DNA of 64,000 nt from Octopus sinensis (lineage: Eukaryota), in the NCBI RefSeq assembly GCF_006345805.1, contig NC_043021.1:28086001-28150000 (forward strand). Direction: 5' to 3'. Shown here piece after piece: positions 38,336 through 49,990 of this stretch; the stretch's first letter is position 1, and each line of letters begins with the position of its first letter. Under the pieces are notes generated by a model. That model did not search any database. It was not told the DNA's origin and saw only the letters and a list, made by a program, of their open reading frames with translations. The translations under genes and the position numbers were made by a program.

Positions 38336-39043
38336 GTTCAATTCCCCTTGTTTATTGTTAATCAATTGCTTAATTAGGTAACCAACTAACTAATCATGGT
38401 CACAAATGATTGAGAAAAGTATAAGAATTATAGAAGATAAGACAAGGCGGGTTTATAATTGAGAAACACTTTTCTACGCTTAAACGGTTTAAAATCATAC
38501 CTCTACTTACTTTAAAATCACTCTTTCAAAAACACAGCCATACAGAGATAAATCAAAAGCAATATCCCGAATTTAGATTTAAAAAAGACCACATCCATAC
38601 AACCCTTGCATTAATGACTACAAAATAATTTTTAAAAAGCAAGACCTTGAAATGTATTATAATTGTTGCTGAATCGAAACCACCATCTGGCCCTCCAATT
38701 AAATACCATGTCCACTTGAATACAAAAAAGTTCTTTTCCTTCCCCAAACAAAAGGTTTCTAAAAATAAAAAAAAAACAACACATTGAATAAAGCAAGTTT
38801 GACCACACTGATACAAAAGTCACGCCCCCCCTCCCTCCCAAACCTTTTCTTTTTTCTTTTCCCTTCCTCTGCAAACCACTAAAACACTCCTGCTTCCTTT
38901 TCTCATCTCTATTTTCACTATTTTCCACTCTCTCCTCCTCTCCCATCCCTGCACCTTCATTTCTTATTTGTTCCTCTCTTTCCCCTTCCTGCCTGTCTCT
39001 CTCTCTTCTTCTAAACTATCATCAGTTTCACTTTTATATAAAA

Positions 39044-39439
39044 CTAGCTGTATCGCCCGGCGTTGCTCGGGTTTGTAAGGGAAATAACTATATAAGCATT
39101 TTTAGAGATGTAAAGTATAATAGCCATCTCAATATGGTTAACCACAAAGTGAGGGTGTTACTGTAGCTTTTTACGTTCTGAGATTTAATAACAAATTTTT
39201 AGAGAGTTACTTCCCTAAGTACGAAATCACAAGATGCATTAAAAATGGGAAAAATTCATGGTAAATTTTTTTTTAATTGTAGACTCATCGTAGACGCGCG
39301 TTAATACCCAGAAGGGCTCGATATGAATCACGACTATAAGATACCCGGTTTTGGTTAAACTGCACCGCAAAATGTGGGAGAAGTTAGGAATCTAAATCGT
39401 AGGAGACAGGCAGCACACAACCTCACTTTTATATATATA
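39044..39439 (-). mobile_element. non-autonomous Helitron
   Basis: Hairpin cccgagcaacgccggg plus CTAG|T 3' end; the 5' ~230 bp is shared with 8305-8536. Confidence 0.85.
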
Positions 39440-39986
39440 AAATGGCGAGGCAAAGTTTCTATAAATTACTTTTTGATAAATCCGAGAACTGAAGAAAGCG
39501 CTAAAAATGTAATTAAAAATAGGTAAAATCACCCAGCTTTCTGACTACCTTTATTATTCTCAATATACTATATCTGTACAGCACTTCAAACTCTCTCTCT
39601 CTCTCTCTCTCACTCACTCTCTCTCTCTCTCTCACTCACTCTCTCTCTTTCTACACACAAATATATACATACATTCTTTTTTATGCCTTGGGAATGTCAT
39701 TACACCAATTATTATAATGACACACGCATCGGTTCAATTCCACTTGTTTATTGTTAATCAATAACTTTGAGCAACAACCGATTGATTGTTTAACCAACAC
39801 GTTAAACAAATGATCGATTTGTTGGTGTGATATTTAAGCAATTCACTAACAATAAACAAGGGAAATTGAAACTGCGTGCTATTATTATTGGTGTAATGAC
39901 TCACCCAAGTCACAAAATTGTTTCAACACACGAATTTACATCAAGAATCTTGCAAAGCAAATATGAAAATGAAGTACACACACACG

Positions 39987-40020
<34 letters not shown>

Positions 40021-40058
40021 TGTATGTATGTATGTATGTATGTATGTATGTTTGTATG

Positions 40059-40116
<58 letters not shown>

Positions 40117-40241
40117 ATATAGAGGGCATTATTACACATACATGCCACACGCTAAGAGGGACATTAGTCATTTCTACCAAAAAATTTTACTAATCCTACC
40201 CAATGCAATTTTTCAAAGCAAGACATTTAAAAAATGAATTT

Positions 40242-40303
40242 AGTCTTGTATCACTTGTGATTTCGTACTTACTGCAGTAGCGACCGTACTCATCAGCAAG
40301 ACT
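40242..40303 (-). ncRNA. type I hammerhead ribozyme, canonical core
   Basis: AGUCUUG CUGAUGA GUAC ggucgcUACUGCAGUAa GUAC GAAA UCAC aa GUGA UA CAAGACU. 7-bp stem I, G10.1-C11.1, AUA triplet. Confidence 0.88.
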
Positions 40304-40689
40304 GATTCTGAACATATCATAAATAAACGACCTCGCACCGTCAAAGCCGAACAGCTATCTGCTCGATTCCAACGAAGCACATGGGGAAGTTTACATATAA
40401 TACATCCGGTAAATGGCAGGCTTCTTCGAATTGCATTTCGGTTAGGAAAAGTTTTTTCGGAATAAAATTATTTAACAATTAAGGATAACTTCTTAATAAG
40501 GAATCTTAACAAGAAATTATCAGGTAGATAGCGTGAAAAACCTCATAAGAGAAAAATTTCGAAAATAATTCTTTCTTAATGAACATATTAATTTATATAT
40601 AGAGGGCAGATATATATTTATATATAGAGGGCAGATAGCTGTTCGGCTTTGACGGTGCGAGGTCGTTTATTTATGATATGTTCAGAATC

Positions 40690-40751
40690 AGTCTTGCTGA
40701 TGAGTACGGTCGCTACTGCGGTAAGTACGAAATCACAGGTGAAACAAGACT
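40690..40751 (+). ncRNA. inverted copy of the same hammerhead with U16.1 changed to A (predicted inactive)
   Basis: AGUCUUG CUGAUGA GUAC...GUAC GAAA UCAC ag GUGA AA CAAGACU. Confidence 0.75.
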
Positions 40752-41043
40752 AAATTCATTTTTTAAATGTCTTGCTTTGAAAAATTGCATTGGGTAGGAT
40801 TAGTAAAATTTTTTGGTAGAAATGACTAGTGTCCCTCTTAGCGTGTGGCATGTATGTGTAATAATGCCCTCTATATATAAATTAATATGTTCATTAAGAA
40901 AGAATTATTTTCGAAATTTTTCTCTTATGAGGTTTTTCACGCTATCTACCTGATAATTTCTTGTTAAGATTCCTTATTAAGAAGTTATCCTTAATTGTTA
41001 AATAATTATATATATATAGATATATAGATATATACATACATAT

Positions 41044-41097
<54 letters not shown>

Positions 41098-41110
41098 CAT
41101 CCACACACAC

Positions 41111-41134
<24 letters not shown>

Positions 41135-41143
<9 letters not shown>

Positions 41144-41300
41144 CCGGAGTAAACATATAAATGTGAAACAAGGTGGAAAAAAGAGTACTCAAATACCAGT
41201 GGTAGAGTAATATGCTTTATTTTAAGCAGCAGAAAATTCAACAAAATCTGTTACTCTGAGTTTCTCGTTGCCGTTCATCAGACAGTTTTTGCTAGAATGG
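41135..41300 (-). mobile_element. short HHR-bearing repeat adjoining (TA)n
   Basis: Non-coding, begins at the end of a TA tract, contains an HHR. Confidence 0.55.
41248..41285 (-). ncRNA. minimal type I hammerhead ribozyme
   Basis: CUGU CUGAUGA A CG gcaa CG A GAAA CUC a GAG UA ACAG. 2-bp stem II with GNRA loop, GUA triplet. Confidence 0.7.
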
Positions 41301-42289
41301 AACTTATATATTAATTCAATCTATACTCTTACAAACGCTACACCTTTAAAAAGAAATGGACTTGTTTGATTGGCCCTTTAGAAAAAACGGTCAATCTTTG
41401 AGCGATAAACAAAAAGGCCAAAGATATATGTATATATATATAAAAACTTATAAAAATTATATATAAAAAACTTATAAAAATTATAAAATCCGAGGAAAAA
41501 ACCATTGACGTTAATGAAGACAGTGCAAATTAATGCATAGAAATTAAACCTGTTATAAATACTGCAATACATATTTATATTAAAATCTACATATATATAT
41601 CAACATACACAAAAGGATGCGCGTAAACGCCATACATACATATACAGACGTATGAATATAATTTTAAATATACACATAAAAGCATGTGTACATATATTCA
41701 CGCAAACCGTCTCGCACGCAAGCTAAAATTCATCTATGTAGCAATTCTCATATACTGGGCAAGGAGGGGGAACGAAAGAAAGGGAGAGAGAGAAAAAGGA
41801 ACGAAGGAGGGGTGGGGAAAAAAACGAAATAAGCAGTGTAACGATGTTATTGGCATCTATAGAGACCAGTATACATACACAAGTTTGGATGGATACATAT
41901 ACATACCGTCGTGTATATGTGTGCTTAAGCACAAACATACTTTCACTTACACATACACAGATACGCATGCTTACAAATACATATGCTTTGCTATACACAT
42001 ACTTATATAAACATTATAATTTTGACAACATTGCTTTTTTTAAAAACATTGCTTTTAAAAAATGGGTGCATTAATAAAAATATATACGAAAGACATATAA
42101 AATAAAATATAACATCCTATTTTGGGTCATTTATAAATAATCAAGGTAATATAAATAATCAAGGTAATCCTATGCAATACAATAACATGAAAACAAAGTT
42201 TGTAGGTTTTTCCTAATATATATGTAGAAACATAAGACTTTGCTATACGGATTAAGATCCGCATAGTTTGGAAACAAAACAAAAACGAA

Positions 42290-43320
42290 AACAAAATCAA
42301 AATCAAAATCCATCGTAGCGCTCAAGGGTCAAAATCAAAATCAAAAATCAAAAATACAAAATATATACTCTATCCATATGGTATATTTATATTCGACATT
42401 TTAAATTTAGCCGCGTGCCTACATAAGTTCATTAACTCACTTCTTTGATTCAAAGAATTATTGTCTTTGAATAAGATGTACATTTTCTCTAATAGACAAA
42501 GCCTGCACTTGAAATTATTTTTGTAAGCTCCATGCCTGTATGGTGCCGCCCTGTCCAGAATGCTCCATGTCACGCTGAAAGGTGGGGCTTCCTTTTCTTT
42601 TAGTTCCCAGACATATTTTGCTAGGCTGGTTTTCTTCCTATTCTCTGGGTATTTAAATGAATTTTTATGAGAATAAAATCTTGTTTTAAATGAATTTTCT
42701 GAAGCCCCTGTGTATGTCTTGTATTCCGATGAGCCTTCCACTTGCACCTTGGCTCTATAAACTACTCCTTTCACTAGACATTTCCCTTCTAACGGACAGG
42801 AGCTTTCGTTTTTGAAATTACATTTCTTAATGGGCTCGGCACCATGTCTAATCTCGATTAGCTTCTTATTATGTTGGCTAATGTAAGAGGCGAAATTTCT
42901 GCAACAAGAATAGCTAACCTTCAGGGTTCTTCTATTAAATATTCTGTAGAATTTATGACCCTGCTTAAAATGCTTAGAGACTAATCTCAAAAATTCCTTA
43001 CCTATATTAGTCTTTACGGCCAAATTGAAAGCCGGGTTGAACTACAAAACTTTCCTGGTCCTCGAATAAGATCTTCGTTAATTCTGACAAGACAAGGAAC
43101 TTATATGCACTTGATAAGGACGTTTATAAACGCCTGATTTCGAATAGTGTCACGGACACATACAAAAAAGACAACACGAATATATACAAAGAGGTGAACT
43201 TAGAAGCAAGAGGAATAGCTAACGATCTTAAGATTAGCGATAGGATTGAATACCTTTCACCACGACCAGCTTTTATTACTCTGAAAGACCATAAAGCCAA
43301 TTCATCAGCCAATTCATCAA
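42290..43320 (-). mobile_element. Penelope-like retroelement remnant (PLE-3) with an inverted 5' segment
   Basis: Minus-strand ORF 42370-43023 (KTNIGKEFL, LKVSYSC, VVYRAKV...YTGASENSFKTRFYSHK = GIY-YIG). Plus-strand ~43060-43315 encodes the N-terminal RT region (KIFVNSDKTRNLY, AFITLKDHK). Confidence 0.88.
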
Positions 43321-43371
43321 CTTAAAACACTGATCACAATTCTATAAGTACACAACACACACACACGCTCG

Positions 43372-43402
<31 letters not shown>

Positions 43403-43513
43403 ACACGCATGGACACACACGCACACGCACACACGCACGCACGCACACACACATGCACACACACACGCACACACACTCGCACACACAGACACACACGCAC
43501 ACGTACACACACG

Positions 43514-43548
<35 letters not shown>

Positions 43549-43699
43549 TGAACACTATCCTGAGAATCAACTATTTATGAAAGTTTTAATCAGAAAATAA
43601 GCTTTCCAATAACACTGGTTTACCAATTTCTGTTTTACTCTGAAGCAAAGATGTGAATAGGTGTTTTTTTTTCTAATTTTGATGTGGTGAATTCGATTT

Positions 43700-45110
43700 T
43701 TTAAACAGATTTGCTCTATCACCTATAGTTTTTTTCTTCTTTTCACATATCCCACTTTAATTATATTGCATATAAATTCAAAATGTGCTTATTTCATCTG
43801 TTACAATGGTGTATTACAGAGAAAAGAAACAGCATGGATACAGATCGATGGAACTAAATTACCTGAATAATACAATACACACAAATCATAGTAGAGCAGA
43901 CAGTTATAAGCGAGTCTTTTTGGACGACCTTGTGTACTTTGTCGCCAGGATGTCACGCAAGAGCATCCAGCAAAAGTCCCTCATCATGCTGGGGTTCCAC
44001 TTGTCTTGGTAGTTACTCCCTATCTTAGTAATATCTTGGCTGAACCTTTCTCCATGCTCATCCCTCACTGCTCCGAGCTTCAGAGGGAAGAACTTGAGGT
44101 GGAAGTGGAGAAAGTGAATTTTGATTCGGCATCCTATATCCTCATATAACTGTAACAAGGATAATCTAATACACGTGTGTTATCAAGGAAGCCATGGCAG
44201 ACTGACTTAAATGCTTCTCATTCTCTCAGTTCCTTTAAGGTATGGAGCTCCTCAAAGTCCTTATCCTTCAGCACCTCTTGGATTTGAGGTCCGACGAAGC
44301 TGCTCTCTTTGAACTTAGCAGAACTCAGAGCTGGGAACAGAGTGCACAAAGGTTGGAAGGCAGTGCCATTTTTGTCCATGGCCTTCACGAAATTCTTCAT
44401 TAAACCAAGTTTGATATGAAGAGAAGGAAGAAGCACCTTCTTCATGCCCAACGGAGAATTTTCTTGGACACTATGTTCACCAGGGGGGAAGATCATTATT
44501 TGATGAGGGTGTGTAAAGATAGAGACATCATCTGAGTGAAAAACAGGTCTCAAAGCTGAGAAAGGTTGGGATATTTGATCTTTGTTATAGAATGCATAGA
44601 AACCTGTTATATTCGTTAGACAAAAATAACAATCATCTGCATGGTTCCGTGGCTCTCTCCAGATTATCGAGACAGCAAATTTGAAGCCAAGCTAAAACCA
44701 TGTTAAAACCTGCAAAGTTAAACCATGCAATTAGTCCATTGTAGCAGGGTTTACAACAAATGTGTGGGGCCCAACGTTTCTCCTGATCTCCAATTTTACA
44801 GCCAAAATTATGAAAGTAAGTAGTTCTCAGGATGGACGTAATTATTCGGCGCGGTGCAACTGTCGTGAAGTCCACCCCCCCACACAGACGTAGCAGAATG
44901 AATTTGCCTCGTTGATGCATCGTCGGTGTTTTGAAGAGCCTGAAGCCATTGTAGAGATATATATCATATGTATCACAATAAATCTGGTAAACAAAATAAA
45001 AACTGATCATAAAACTAGAGGCGATGAGTGAAAACTGGTTTTGTATCTGAAATCTGCACCCCAAAATTAGGCAAGAACAACTATTTTTCAGTTTGCCTCA
45101 ATTTGTCTGT
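43700..45110 (-). mobile_element. degraded DNA transposase, probably Chapaev3-like (CMC superfamily)
   Basis: FGCKIGDQEKRWAPHICCKPC (Cys/His-rich N-terminus), LHIKLGLMKNFVKAMD, FVGPQI, KIHFLHFHL, DEHGERFSQDI, MRDFCW. Superfamily assignment is from memory of this motif set. Confidence 0.6.
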
Positions 45111-45874
45111 AAACCAGTATAATCTGAATCCGTATGAATTCAAATCTTTATGCATCAAAGCGCCCCTTTTGCCTGTTCGTCTCTTTTCTTTCCATTCGTA
45201 CCGTATGTAACCATAAAACACTGTATTTAGTAAGACGAATGAGGTATACAATCATTGGGTTCGTTCTATTCTTTGCCACAATATATGGCAACTGTCGTCA
45301 CGCAAGATGTGAGACTCCTGGTTATTTTGTTAAACAAAGATTACTATATAGGGAAATCGGTGAAGCAATGAATATGACGCTTGAGATAAAAATTTGGAGT
45401 AAAAATGATTTCGTCTAAAAGTACAATAGAACAATAAAGTATGCATTTAAAACAACGAAAATATAAATACTGAAATAAAACTGTAACACCAAAGACAGGG
45501 TGAGCTAAAAAGAATGTTGAACACTATGATATAAAGATAACAGACAACTGCCATTTGAACGATAAAAAATATCTAAAGAAACAAAGTTACGACAGAGAAT
45601 TTAATAATTGAAAAAGTAAAATGCCTGGGAATAGGAGAGAGAAATATGAGGAATAATACTACTGGAACGGATATTGATATTATTACAATATTACATGGGG
45701 ACTAATATAACAGCATGAACTATAGAGTCGAAAATTCTTCTTAAAAGTAATAACGTATAAATTGATGACGCCGAAATCATATCAAATTACGAAAAGGTTT
45801 AAAGTTATAATACCAGACTCATATATTATATCGAATAAGGATACAGAACACCTGTAATATACATACATACATAG

Positions 45875-45935
<61 letters not shown>

Positions 45936-45961
45936 ATATATATATACATATATATACATAC

Positions 45962-46043
<82 letters not shown>

Positions 46044-48285
46044 ATTTATAACATCTAACAACATATATATACGTTGTAAATTTAATACAACTTACGTTAA
46101 ATATATGAAGACTCGACTGGTCACATACAACTAGGTGTAGGTAGATATTTAACAACCGTGTGCTGTCAAATATAACTATAGCTAAATTTATAAAATTTAA
46201 CTCATTATGTACAATATATATAATTCACCTGCTCCTGTAACAAAGAAAATAGGTTGTAACAATGAGAATATTCTAGGCTATTGTATGGTCGCTAATAGTT
46301 CAATTGAACCCCTTGATTTCTTCTCACTCCTGCTGAGAAAACGTCAATATTAAACGTTAATATTCTTCGAAAGAAATGAATATTAATGTCAACCACACCT
46401 TTTTATATATTAATGAATAAGTGTGTTCACGACATGGAGTAGCTGTCAGAGCTGAACAAAACATTCTCATGGGACTGAAGAAAATTAGATTAGGATTAAT
46501 GTTCAGCCTTAGTTGTCAACCGAAGAAAGAGTATTGACCAGATAAGGAATATGGATTTCAATAACCTGTCTATATCCGCATGTTCGTCACCCACATTACG
46601 TAAATATTAAATATCACTTGAAAATTCCAGATCAATACTGACACTGATATTATCTCTGATCGTTGAAGAGATGCATGCAGAGATATTCGACCAGTTCAAA
46701 TAGAATTTTATTGCTGTATCATTTCACTTAGACAAAACCCACCGAACAATGTAGATAACGTGAACAGAAGAGTGAAAATAATAACAATTTGAGAGTTTGT
46801 GAAGAACTCTTGACGATGTATTCAGTTGAAATATACGAACGAATCAAGACCAGTTGTATTTAAAACGAAACAATGCATTCTAGAACAAACAGCGTCGTAT
46901 AACATGAATTCTTCATTCAAAATTTCGTAGTAAGATGTATTTAAATGAAAAATCGATTAAAGTATTTCAAGACTCACGTGTTTTAAAAGATAAAGATACA
47001 CCTGTAAATATTTACTTTGTAATTACTTTCTGCCAGAGTATAGCGCCAACATTTTAGTTCTGCTTTACATTTTGAAGCCCATTTCGCTTCTACTTTATGT
47101 TTTCCGTTTAATAATTTTCTCAAATTTCTTTGTGTTTACTTTTCTTTCCATTCTGCCTCTTGAGTTCTTCCCAGCCATCAAAACCGTCGTTTTTACTTCT
47201 TCTTATACGCAACAGCTGTATTATCAACCCTCCTACTATTGTGTAATGTTTCAAGCTTTCAATAAACTGTAATCAATCAATCAATGAGTCTGTCTATCTA
47301 CCCCTTCATCTATTAATAGATTGATATTTAGACTGATGCAGCCTTTCCAGGTAGGTAGATAGGTAGGTGAGCTTGTATTTGTTTCTCCAAAGCATGTGTA
47401 GGGAGGTTATCTTTTTGCCGTTAATTGTCCCTCAAACAGCATGTGTAGTTGAATATTAATTTATATGCGCGTATATTTTATATACCTATATCTATATATA
47501 TATATGGGTGTGCATAAAACATAATATATGATCATAAGTTTTCTACCAGGATAGAGACTGACTTCGGGGGCTAATCAAAATCAACAATCAAGTGGTAGAA
47601 CCTACTATTTAGCAGACTCTTTAGTTTTCTTCATTCTTACCGAATTAAAACGTTATGCATAAATTACAACTTCCAGATATTTTGGGATAGACATGTTGCG
47701 TAATTCTGTTAAGATATACATGGACAATTGGAAGTAGATACTAGCCATTTAGTAGTGCAAGGTAAGTCAATTATGTTTGTTCCATTTACTCTCCTTTTCA
47801 CTGCGTTTGCCTTCAGGTACGTAGCGGAATGGAATCAAAGTGCTATTTTAGGGCAGTCATGCATGAATGTTAAGTAGAAATATATCACACATTAACTCGC
47901 CATTATGCACCCTTCAGTAAAAGACAAGAACTGCATTCCATATACCGACATAGATTTATTACCTTATGAAATGCTCCATCGAACCAGATAAAGCAAAATT
48001 TAAAAATTACGCGGAGTGATACACATGCAGCACGCACACACGCACACACACATACGCATTATCACATTGCTTTCCTGTGTAAAACATGTGATACACAGAA
48101 TGTATTCCCTGGCGCACATTTTTTTAACCACCGGAGTAACCTGGAACGTCTGAAAGGAAAGCATAAGATTACTAAGAATGTATGCAACAACGGCTTACTA
48201 AAAGGCAGAAAACGAGCATGAACGGTTAGCAGAAACATGAAAATGTTTTAGAGACGCACGTATATATATGTATATATATATATAG

Positions 48286-48338
<53 letters not shown>

Positions 48339-48350
48339 ATATATATAGCT

Positions 48351-48474
48351 AGAGCGTAGGCTCGAAACGTTAAAGACTTGTTTTATTTATATTTCCTGAG
48401 CGCCATACTAATACAATTGTTTGTTTGTTTTCCACCTGCCTTCGTCTTTTGTCTATTTTCATAAAGCTTCCCGT

Positions 48475-48480
<6 letters not shown>
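48351..48480 (+). mobile_element. truncated copy of the 6375-6700 family; only stem II-GAAACGUU-stem I of the HHR remains
   Basis: 'agagcgtaggctcgaaacgttaaagacttgtt...' emerging from (TA)n. Confidence 0.75.
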
Positions 48481-48506
<26 letters not shown>

Positions 48507-48965
48507 ATAATATATATATATATAGCGAAACCTGTTGCAACAAATTCAAAAACTTATTAACCAGTAATTTTTTTCAACCGCTGTATACAACGTTTATTCA
48601 TAATCAACGTGACCAATTAGGCGACATCCTAAAAGCTATACAACCGAAAATTCCATTGAGGATTCGAAAACAGGATATGAATAACAAATACAAATAAGAA
48701 AGATCCATCCGCTGATTGACTTTGGTCAGATCGATACTTAGGTAACGAAGCCGTGAAATTTAAACCTTTTAACATACGAATAAATACGGTGGATACAAGA
48801 GAATGCATTACACTGGCGGTAAATTGTTTCGTAACATGCTTTGGAGAAACAAATGCTTACAAACACATAAATATATAGATATAAATATATCTACAAATAT
48901 ACACACACATACGCATAAATATATATACATAATACATACATAGATACATACATACATGTTTACAC

Positions 48966-49010
<45 letters not shown>

Positions 49011-49214
49011 GTTTTATGCACACCCATATATATACATATATAGATATAGGTATATAAAATATACGCGCATATAAATTAATATTCAACTACACACGCGCAT
49101 ACATACCATTTATACATGCGTGTGTGTGTCTGTGCGTATGTATGTATGTATGTGTGTGAGGCAATAAAGAGATAATCTGATTTCACATATTTTTAGCTCC
49201 TAGTATTTACGCAT

Positions 49215-49420
49215 GTATAAGGCGGAGAGCTGGCACAATCATTACTGTACCGGACAATATGCTTAGCGACATCTTTTCCGACTTTACGTTCTGCGTTCGA
49301 ATGCCGCCAGGATCGACTTTGCCTTTCATCCATTCAAGTCCCATTTTAGCATCGGGGTCGATGTAATCGACTTGCTCTTCCCGCGTAAATACTGGCTTTG
49401 TGCCAAAAACTTTGAAACTA
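49215..49420 (+). mobile_element. SINE family A
   Basis: 'ggcggagagctggcac...tttacgttctgcgttcgaatgccgccaggatcgactttgcctttcatcc'. Confidence 0.8.
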
Positions 49421-49619
49421 ATATATACTCATGTCTCATATACGCATGTTTTACATACAGACACTCTTTTCCTTTCAGACATCTCACTCACAAATCGTTA
49501 CTAACGGCACATGATCAATATACATTTCTCCTCACCAGCAGGAGTTCGATTATTATCAGCCCTATATCAATCCTTGTTCAACATGTCCACTGCAGGATCA
49601 AAAACATGCTTATCACCTC

Positions 49620-49990
49620 TTCTGTTATTGCCTCCGCCTTCGCTAAGGCGGAGGTATTGTTTTCAGTCCTGCTTGTTCGTTTGTTTGTCTCTGGACAAAA
49701 AATCTCAAGAACCATTAGATGGATTCGGATGAAACTTTCAGAGATGTTTGGCCTCGTGACTGGCACGAACTGATAAGATTTTGGATTCGATCCGGTATCG
49801 GACAAGGACTCTGGATTAGTTTTCCTTCTTTTTTTTTGTTGCTTAATTTTTGAGAGTGGTCGGGTTCATTTTCAGTATTCTCGTTTGTGAGAGCAGTGAA
49901 GCTTATTTCAGATATTCTCATTTTAAAAATTATCTCCGTCCAATCGTTGAGAGGACATTGGTGTTGCGCTCTCCAAGTACTCTTGTTTCT
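49620..49990 (+). mobile_element. Helentron-associated (HINE/DINE-1-like) non-autonomous element
   Basis: 5' inverted pair cctccgcc...ggcggagg, (gttt)n tract, 3' 'gcgctctccaagtactc' stem-loop followed by T-rich sequence. Confidence 0.55.

Larger units (their letters stand above)
40111..41007. repeat. rearranged inverted duplication of an HHR-bearing element
   Basis: 40111-40362 pairs with 40631-40882; 40466-40607 pairs with 40866-41007. Confidence 0.92.
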
